Source: an uncultured delta proteobacterium | GTDB taxonomy: Bacteria > Desulfobacterota > Binatia > Binatales > Binataceae | Assembly (NCBI GenBank): GCA_963717005.1 | Contig: OY970324.1 | Coordinates: 10,518 to 74,517, forward strand | Reading direction: 5' to 3' | DNA: 64,000 nucleotides | In this document: piece after piece, positions 57,949-64,000 of the stretch | Position numbering within the stretch: the first letter of the stretch is position 1 | Layout of the letters: every line of letters starts with the position of its first letter | The notes under the pieces: generated by a model | Databases searched by the model: none | Told to the model about the DNA's origin: nothing | Seen by the model: only the letters and a program-made list of their open reading frames with translations | Program-made: the position numbers and the translations under genes

Positions 57949-58473
57949 GTGTTTTCCGCCACAATGAGAGTGGAGAAGCCACGGACGAGGGGCGCGGAGA
58001 AGATCGGATTGTTTGGTTCTGCGATTCTTTGGACGCATGCTGCCGCGGGCGCGGTCTGGGTCGGCGCGTGCGCATGCTTTGTGATCGCGGGGCTCGCGCT
58101 CGCGACCGGCAGCCCCGATCAGCGCAGCTTTGTCGAGCGGGCGGCGCCCAGCATCGACCTGCTCGGGCTCGTCGCCGCGATCGTCCTGCTGATCACCGGA
58201 TTCATCAACCTGCTGACCGCGGGAGTTGCGCGGCATTTCGCGTTCTCGACCGCGTTCATGACCGTGCTTGCGATCAAGGTCGCGTTGTTTATCGTCATGA
58301 TCGTCGTCATGACGTGGTCGATGAGAATCGGCGCCGTCGTCAAAGCGGTGGTTGCGCGCGGGCGTGCCGATGCGGTGCCGGGCGCGATGACCCGGATGGT
58401 CCGCGCGCACGTCGCGATCGTCGCTATGGGCGCGCTCGCACTTATCCTCGGAACGTGGTTGATGGGAAGTTGA
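57949..58473 (+). CDS. integral membrane protein (4 TM), unrecognised
   Basis: Hydrophobic helices throughout. Confidence 0.45.
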   Translation: MFSATMRVEKPRTRGAEKIGLFGSAILWTHAAAGAVWVGACACFVIAGLALATGSPDQRSFVERAAPSIDLLGLVAAIVLLITGFINLLTAGVARHFAFSTAFMTVLAIKVALFIVMIVVMTWSMRIGAVVKAVVARGRADAVPGAMTRMVRAHVAIVAMGALALILGTWLMGS

Positions 58474-58482
58474 GGACCAGCG

Positions 58483-59364
58483 ATGTCTGAGACACCTCCA
58501 AAAATCAAAGTCGGCGCGTTCACCGTCGCCTTCCTCGCCGATGGACTGTGGCGCAACGACGGCGGATGCATGTTCGGCGTCGTCCCGCGCGAACTGTGGA
58601 AGACCAACCATCCGCCCGACGATCGCAACCGCATCCGCCTCAACCTGACCTGTCCGCTCATAATGAAGGGCGGCGACGCGATCCTGGTCGATACCGGAAT
58701 CGGCAATCGATTGAGCGACGTTGAGCGCAGGATCTTCGACCACGGCGACGGATGGCTCCCGCAGCATCTCAGCGCGCTCGGGATGGAGCCCGGCGACATC
58801 ACGCATCTGATCGTTTCGCATCTGCATTTCGATCATTGCGGCGGGCTCGTGCGGCGGCGCGATTCCGGCGCGCGCGAAGCCGCGTTTCCGCGCGCGCGAA
58901 TCTTTGTGCAGCGCGGCGAGCTCGACCTCGCCGGCAATCCGCGCAATGAGCGGCTCCACGCGGCCTATCGTCATACCGGCGAAATTCTCGCGCCGGTGCG
59001 CTCGAGCCTCGAAGCGCTCGACGGCGACACCGACATCATCGCCGGCGTGCGCGCGGTCGTTACCGGCGGACATACGCGCGACCATCAGGCCGCGCTCGTC
59101 AGCGACGGCGGCCAATGCTTCATGCATCTCGCCGACATCGTGCCGACCCGCTCGCATATCCGCGGCCCGTGGAACCAGGCTTACGATCTCGACGCGCTGC
59201 GCACGATGGAGCAGAAGGCGCACTACCTCGGGCTCGCCGCGGAAAAGAAATGGTGGCTGTCGTTCGCGCACGACGACACGGTGTTCGCCGCGACTGTCAG
59301 AAACGATCGCGGGCGCATCGTGCTCGGCGATACGGTCCCGGTTTCCGAGCGTCTATTTCAGTAG
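58483..59364 (+). CDS. MBL-fold metallo-hydrolase (lactonase-like)
   Basis: The HLHFDHCGG motif. Confidence 0.8.
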   Translation: MSETPPKIKVGAFTVAFLADGLWRNDGGCMFGVVPRELWKTNHPPDDRNRIRLNLTCPLIMKGGDAILVDTGIGNRLSDVERRIFDHGDGWLPQHLSALGMEPGDITHLIVSHLHFDHCGGLVRRRDSGAREAAFPRARIFVQRGELDLAGNPRNERLHAAYRHTGEILAPVRSSLEALDGDTDIIAGVRAVVTGGHTRDHQAALVSDGGQCFMHLADIVPTRSHIRGPWNQAYDLDALRTMEQKAHYLGLAAEKKWWLSFAHDDTVFAATVRNDRGRIVLGDTVPVSERLFQ

Positions 59365-59570
59365 AGCGCAAATTAACATTCTGCTCGTCTGTTGATACCG
59401 CACGCGTCTGCGTATGTTGCGCGCGTCCATTTTACTTGTTGCTGATCACTGGCTCCGTTATACTCGAATTAAGAATGGGCTCCAGAAATTGCACGGCCCG
59501 ACAGATTCCCCTTCTCCCAGGCAGTAAAACTGCCGAACATTCTATAACCCGAACCCGAAGGAGATAGCCG

Positions 59571-61505
59571 ATGGCGGATCTCAATAACTTCGAGCGAGTG
59601 ATCAAAGAGGACCGCGCCGCGCGTGAGTCGAAGCAATGGCGCGGGACCTTGCTCGAATATCTCGAGGTAGTGAAAGCCGACCCGATCATGACCAAGCTCG
59701 CGCACGCGCGCATCTACGACCTGATCATTTCGGCGGGCCTGCATCCGCTGCACGAGACCGACGATCCGCGCACCAAGCGGCTGTTCAAGGATGAGCCGAT
59801 CAAGGTGTTCGATTTCTTCTCTGAGGAATTCTTCGGCATCGAGCGCACCATCGCGCAGATCGTCCGCTACTTTCATTCCGCGTCGCTCAAGGGCGAAGAG
59901 AGCCGCCAGGTTCTCTACCTGATGGGCCCGGTCGGCTCGGGCAAGAGTTCGCTGGTCGAACGCATCCAGCGCGGTCTCGAGCAGGTCGGACTCATCTACG
60001 CGATCGAAGGATGCCCGATGAACGAAGAGCCGCTGCATCTCGTTCCGCGCCATCTACGCCGCGAGTTCGAGAAGATGCTCGGCGTGCATATCGAGGGCGA
60101 CCTCTGCCCGGTCTGCCGTTATCGGCTCAAGTCGGAGTTCAACAATCGTTACGAGGAATTTCCGGTCATCGCGCGCAACTTCTCCAAGCGCAATCGCGTC
60201 GGCGTCGGCGTGGTGCCGCCGGTCGATCCGAACAATCAGGACACTTCGGTGCTGATCGGCTCCGAAGACATCTCGAAGCTCGACCAGTACTCCGAGGGCG
60301 ACCCGCGCGTGCTCGAACTTAACGGCGCGCTCAACGTCGGCAACCGCGGCATCGTCGAGTTCATCGAAGTTTTCAAGAACGAGACCGAGTACCTGCACGC
60401 GATGATCACGGCGACCCAGGAAAAAGTCATTCCCGCGCCCGGCCGCCACGGGATGGTGTACGTCGATACCTGCATCGTCGCCCATTCCAACGAGGCCGAA
60501 TGGCAGAAGTTCAAGGCCGATCACACCAACGAGGCGATCCTCGATCGAATCGTCGTCGTCAAAGTGCCGTACAACCTGCGCCTGTCCGAGGAAGTCAAGA
60601 TCTACCAGAAGATCATCAAGAACTCCGATTTCCGCGCGCACGTCGCGCCGCACACGCTCGAGCTCGCCTCGATGTACGCGATCCTGTCGCGCCTCGAGCC
60701 GACCTCGAAGTGCGACCTGATGACCAAGCTGCGGCTCTACAACGGCGAGGAAGTCGTCGAGAAGGGACGCACCAAGAAAATCGACGTGCAGGAGCTGAAA
60801 GAAGACACCAAGCGCGAAGGCATGTCGGGCATCTCCACCCGCTTCATCATGAAGGCGCTCGACAACGCGCTGTCGGACAACGTCACCGGCAACTGCATCA
60901 ATCCGATCAACGTGCGTGAGGCGCTCATCTCGATGACCAAGGAGGGCGACCTGCCCGACGACACCCGCAAGCAGTACCTCGAGTTCCTGCAGGACACGCT
61001 GCACAAGGAATATCTCGACCTGCTCGAAAAAGAGATCACCCGCGCCTTCGTGTACTCCTACCAGGAGCAGGCGGAGTCGCTGTTCCAGAACTACCTCGAT
61101 CACGCCGAGGCCTACGTCAACAAGACGCGCGTGCGCGATCGCAACACCAATGAGGAACTGTCGCCCGACGAGGGCTTCCTGAAATCGATCGAGGAGCAAA
61201 TCGCGATCATCGGCTCGGCCGCCGACGGCTTCCGCCAGGAAGTGATCGCGTACCTGTGGGCAACCTCGCGCCGCGGCGAAAAGATCAGCTACAAGAGCTA
61301 CGAGCCGCTCAAGGAAGCGATCGAGAAAAAGCTGATGACCAGCGTGCGCGACATCTCGCGAATCATCACCAAGGCCCGCACCCGCGACGAGGAGCAGGGC
61401 GAGAAGTACGGCGCGATGGTGAAGAACCTGCTCGAAAACGGCTACTGCGAATCATGCGTCGATGTGGTCCTAAAGTACGCCGCCAACAATCTATGGAAGG
61501 ATTGA
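59571..61505 (+). CDS. prkA: PrkA family serine protein kinase
   Basis: The YLMGPVGSGKSS Walker A and the overall YeaG/PrkA architecture. GAAGGAGA RBS. Confidence 0.9.
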   Translation: MADLNNFERVIKEDRAARESKQWRGTLLEYLEVVKADPIMTKLAHARIYDLIISAGLHPLHETDDPRTKRLFKDEPIKVFDFFSEEFFGIERTIAQIVRYFHSASLKGEESRQVLYLMGPVGSGKSSLVERIQRGLEQVGLIYAIEGCPMNEEPLHLVPRHLRREFEKMLGVHIEGDLCPVCRYRLKSEFNNRYEEFPVIARNFSKRNRVGVGVVPPVDPNNQDTSVLIGSEDISKLDQYSEGDPRVLELNGALNVGNRGIVEFIEVFKNETEYLHAMITATQEKVIPAPGRHGMVYVDTCIVAHSNEAEWQKFKADHTNEAILDRIVVVKVPYNLRLSEEVKIYQKIIKNSDFRAHVAPHTLELASMYAILSRLEPTSKCDLMTKLRLYNGEEVVEKGRTKKIDVQELKEDTKREGMSGISTRFIMKALDNALSDNVTGNCINPINVREALISMTKEGDLPDDTRKQYLEFLQDTLHKEYLDLLEKEITRAFVYSYQEQAESLFQNYLDHAEAYVNKTRVRDRNTNEELSPDEGFLKSIEEQIAIIGSAADGFRQEVIAYLWATSRRGEKISYKSYEPLKEAIEKKLMTSVRDISRIITKARTRDEEQGEKYGAMVKNLLENGYCESCVDVVLKYAANNLWKD

Positions 61506-61542
61506 GCCAACGGAGGGCCATTGCCGCGCGCGTTCTTTTCCT

Positions 61543-61650
61543 TGTGTCATTCAGAGCGAAGCGAAGAATCCCGGCTCTTTGTGTCATTCAGAGCGAAGCG
61601 AAGAATCCCGCTCTTTGTGTCATTCAGAGCGAAGCGAAGAATCCCGGCTC
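61543..61650 (+). repeat. tandem array (3 copies) of a 34-bp repeat, gtgtcattcagagcgaagcgaagaatcccggctc, with 3-4 bp spacers
   Basis: Read directly. Translation of the repeats gives the artefactual LCHSERSEESR / SFRAKRRIP ORFs in the track. Confidence 0.7.
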
Positions 61651-61660
61651 CGAAAGCAGC

Positions 61661-61960
61661 ATGCGAAAAACATCGAACCGCAAGAGCTACTACGTCTATA
61701 TAATGAGCAGCCCCTCACGAACCCTCTACACCGGCGTCACCAACGATCTCGAGCGGCGTGTGAATGAGCACAAAAACGGCGCCTTCGACAGCTTCACCAA
61801 GCGCTACCGGGTCAATCAATTGGTCTATTTTCAAGAGACGAACGACGTAAACGCCGCGATTGCGGCTGAAAAACTCCTTAAGGGCATCTCGCGATCGAAA
61901 AAGATTGCACTAATTGAGGCCGAAAACCCGACGTGGCACGACTTGAGTGATGAATCATAG
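61661..61960 (+). CDS. small GIY-YIG nuclease family protein (99 aa)
   Basis: SYYVYIMSSPSRTLYTGVTNDLERRVNEH, the GIY-YIG motif. It is flanked on both sides by the 34-bp repeats. Confidence 0.75.
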   Translation: MRKTSNRKSYYVYIMSSPSRTLYTGVTNDLERRVNEHKNGAFDSFTKRYRVNQLVYFQETNDVNAAIAAEKLLKGISRSKKIALIEAENPTWHDLSDES

Positions 61961-61970
61961 AAAAAGATCG

Positions 61971-62184
61971 GGATTCTTTGCCGCAGCGGCTCTGAATGAC
62001 ACAACTCTTCGTGTCATTCAGAGCAAAGCGAAGAATCCCGGCTCCTCGTGCCATTCAGCGCAGAGTCCGTCCTTGTGTCATTCAGAGCGAAGCGAAGAAT
62101 CCCGGCTCCTTGTGTCATTCAGAGCGAAGCGAAGAATCCCGGCATCTTTGTGTCATTCAGAGCGAAGCGAAGAATCCCGGCTCC
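61971..62184. repeat. second repeat cluster: one inverted-orientation copy (61971-62003), then 4-5 direct copies (one degenerate) of the same 34-bp unit
   Basis: gggattctttgccgcagcggctctgaatgacac is the reverse complement of a unit variant. It is followed by gtgtcattcagagc(g/a)aagcgaagaatcccgg... repeated. Confidence 0.7.
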
Positions 62185-62352
62185 GGAACCTGCGTGCCGA
62201 ACATGTCGAGCACCACGATGCCACCAAATCCAATTCCGACGGAACGAACCTACCGATGGTAGTGCAAGCACCCCAAAACCACTACCCATGGTATGATCAC
62301 CAATGCACCGTACGTTGATGCCCAAACTAAACATAACTTCCAGAGTCTCCGC

Positions 62353-63696
62353 ATGAGTGGCGACACGATCTTCCGCGAATACCGAATCTCTGACGCCGAG
62401 CGCTCTGACCGCTCGGCGGGCGACCGGCTGCGGCATCGGCAGAAAGTTCGCGAGTCGATTCGCGAAAATATCGCCGACATCATCGCCGAAGAATCGATCA
62501 TCGGCAAAAACAAGGACCGCGTAATCAAAGTCCCGCTGCGCGGCATCAAGGAATACCGCTTCGTGTTCGGCGACAACTCGCCCGGCGCCTCGCAGGGCGA
62601 TGGCGACTCGCGCCCGGGACAAGTCGTCGGCAAGACCGGCAAGGACGGCCCCGGTAAGGGCGATGAAGCCGGCGACCGCCCCGGCGTCGACTACTACGAG
62701 ACCGACGTTACGCTCGAAGAGTTGATTGAGATCATGTTCGAGGATCTCGAACTGCCCAACCTCGAGCGCCGCGCGCTGCGGGAAATCCAGTCCGAGTATT
62801 CTTCAAGGCGCAAAGGCTACCGCAAGGTCGGCATCCGCATCAGGCTCGACAAGCGGCGCACCGCCAAGCAGCGCGTGATGCGCATGCTCGCGTCGGACAA
62901 GCGCAACGACGCAGCCGCGAAGGCGTTGGAAGAATCGAAGGCCGATCGCGAAATCGAGGCCGACGCCGGCGTCGAAGGCGCACTCGACGAGATCGCGCTC
63001 GAGGAAGGTGCGCTGGACGGAGCACCGCTCGACGAAGAGGCGCTCGCTGATTCGCCGGGCGTCGCCGCGTTCCAGCGCGTCCGTAAGCGCTTCCCGTTCC
63101 ATCAGGGCGACCTGCGTTATAAGCACGTCGAAATCGACACCAAGGAAGAATCCAACGCCGCGGTCATCTGCATCATGGACACCTCGGGCTCGATGGACAC
63201 GATGAAGAAGTACCTCGCGCGCAGCTTCTTCTTCCTGCTCTACCAGTTCATCTCGACCCGCTACCGCAACGTCGAAATCGTCTTCATCGCGCATCACACG
63301 GAGGCCAGCGAGGTCACCGAGGAAGAGTTCTTTCACAAGGGCGAATCGGGCGGCACCTTCATCTCCTCCGGCTACGCCAAGGCGCTGGAAATAATCGCCG
63401 CGCGCTACCATCCGTCGTTGTGGAATCTGTACGCGTTCCATTGCTCCGACGGCGACAACTTCGACTCCGACAATCCCGCCGCGCTCAAGGACGCCGAGGA
63501 GCTCGCCGAAATCTGCAACCTGTTCGGCTACGGCGAGATCAAGCCGATGGGCTCGCGCTACTATGAGTCCTCGATGCTCAACGTGTTCCGCCGAATCCAG
63601 GCGCCGAATTTCCACACCGTGCTGATCGAGCGCAAGGAAGATATCTGGCCGTCGTTCAAAGCCTTCCTGGCCAAGGACCGGGTGAAGGAAGCATGA
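62353..63696 (+). CDS. yeaH: YeaH/YhbH family protein (DUF444), PrkA partner
   Basis: A VWA-like C-terminal region (ICIMDTSGSM) with a long acidic/basic linker. The start is at the internal ATG. Confidence 0.8.
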   Translation: MSGDTIFREYRISDAERSDRSAGDRLRHRQKVRESIRENIADIIAEESIIGKNKDRVIKVPLRGIKEYRFVFGDNSPGASQGDGDSRPGQVVGKTGKDGPGKGDEAGDRPGVDYYETDVTLEELIEIMFEDLELPNLERRALREIQSEYSSRRKGYRKVGIRIRLDKRRTAKQRVMRMLASDKRNDAAAKALEESKADREIEADAGVEGALDEIALEEGALDGAPLDEEALADSPGVAAFQRVRKRFPFHQGDLRYKHVEIDTKEESNAAVICIMDTSGSMDTMKKYLARSFFFLLYQFISTRYRNVEIVFIAHHTEASEVTEEEFFHKGESGGTFISSGYAKALEIIAARYHPSLWNLYAFHCSDGDNFDSDNPAALKDAEELAEICNLFGYGEIKPMGSRYYESSMLNVFRRIQAPNFHTVLIERKEDIWPSFKAFLAKDRVKEA

Positions 63697-64000
63697 GCGC
63701 CACTCCCCACGCCGGCACCGCGCCGCGCATCGCGACCTGGAATCTGCACGACCTCGTCGAATGGGACGTTAGGATTCGCGCCAAGGCCGACGAGTTCGGG
63801 CTCGACTACTACCCGCAGGAGTTCGAGCTTTGCGATCACACCGGGATGCTCGGTTATATGGCGTACTCCGGCATGCCGTCGCATTACCCGCACTGGTCCT
63901 ACGGCAAGTCGTACGAAAAGCTCAAGACGCTCTACGATCACGGGGTCAGCGGCCTGCCGTACGAGATGGTGATCAACTCGAATCCCGCCATCGCCTACCT
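63693..64000 (+). CDS. spoVR: SpoVR family protein (partial, continues beyond the window)
   Basis: MSATPHAGTAPRIATWNLHDLVEWDVRIRAKADEFGLDYYPQEFE...; ATGA overlap with the yeaH stop. Confidence 0.8.
   Translation, partial: MSATPHAGTAPRIATWNLHDLVEWDVRIRAKADEFGLDYYPQEFELCDHTGMLGYMAYSGMPSHYPHWSYGKSYEKLKTLYDHGVSGLPYEMVINSNPAIAY

Noticed and set aside
61521-62318. ORFs of 60-123 aa translating the 34-bp repeats (CHSERSEESR, SFRAKRRIP), and a possible CRISPR array
   Set aside because: The peptides are artefacts of translating tandem repeats. The array has 3-5 bp spacers and an inverted copy, which is incompatible with CRISPR.
1-64000. tRNA, rRNA and CRISPR scan by eye (T-loop GGTTCGAATCC-like motifs, 16S/23S signatures, regularly spaced repeats)
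   Set aside because: None were found. No feature is reported rather than guessing.

Overview
This is a high-GC (about 65%) bacterial chromosomal window of 64 kb, with a soil-bacterium, possibly Acidobacteria-like, gene content. It is densely coding and mostly metabolic housekeeping. Genes recognised from the translations, in order: a homoprotocatechuate meta-cleavage cluster at 1-4390 (HpaB-family oxygenase, DHDPS-family aldolase, hpaD extradiol dioxygenase, HpaE-like aldehyde dehydrogenase); an MBL hydrolase-lipoprotein-dodecin group; a D-aminoacylase with a TrpF-like isomerase; two FtsX-type permeases; an aldo/keto reductase; a pdaD-SnoaL pair; a gnd-zwf-fba pentose-phosphate operon; an SDR and an esterase; a 1277-aa hybrid PAS histidine kinase; a type-B carboxylesterase; a giant AsmA/DUF748 protein; a GH5 hydrolase; a fatty-acid beta-oxidation-like trio (enoyl-CoA hydratase, MaoC, ACAD); an LLM oxidoreductase; a PhyH dioxygenase; an MFS-LysR pair; an S1 protease; an amidase; and a prkA-yeaH-spoVR stress module. 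No rRNA, tRNA or CRISPR was seen. The parts worth a second look are these. (1) A MerR-regulated module at 48047-49903: a MerR-type promoter, a monothiol Trx-like protein, a MerT/MerF-like CC membrane protein, and a TlpA-like redoxin whose redox motif is broken by an in-frame TGA followed by a GC hairpin. That is a candidate selenocysteine UxxC selenoprotein, and it sits next to an FtsX-gene remnant, as expected for an insertion. (2) A low-GC 1.3-kb island at 34955-36220 carrying three coupled small genes, including a CPCC zinc-ribbon protein, which looks like a toxin/immunity cassette. (3) A low-GC block encoding three paralogous small secreted Cys proteins of unknown family. (4) A 260-bp nested-inverted-repeat element (MITE-like, or a structured RNA). 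(5) A small GIY-YIG nuclease gene flanked by tandem 34-bp repeats, inserted between prkA and yeaH. (6) Two frameshifted genes (the ALDH and the D-aminoacylase), a recurring intergenic palindrome GGGGTSACCCC, and a strong-RBS 22-codon uORF upstream of a methyltransferase. Coordinates come from the supplied ORF track, corrected by counting codons to the start; some displayed sequence lines appear to be off by one base, so positions can be out by 1 nt.
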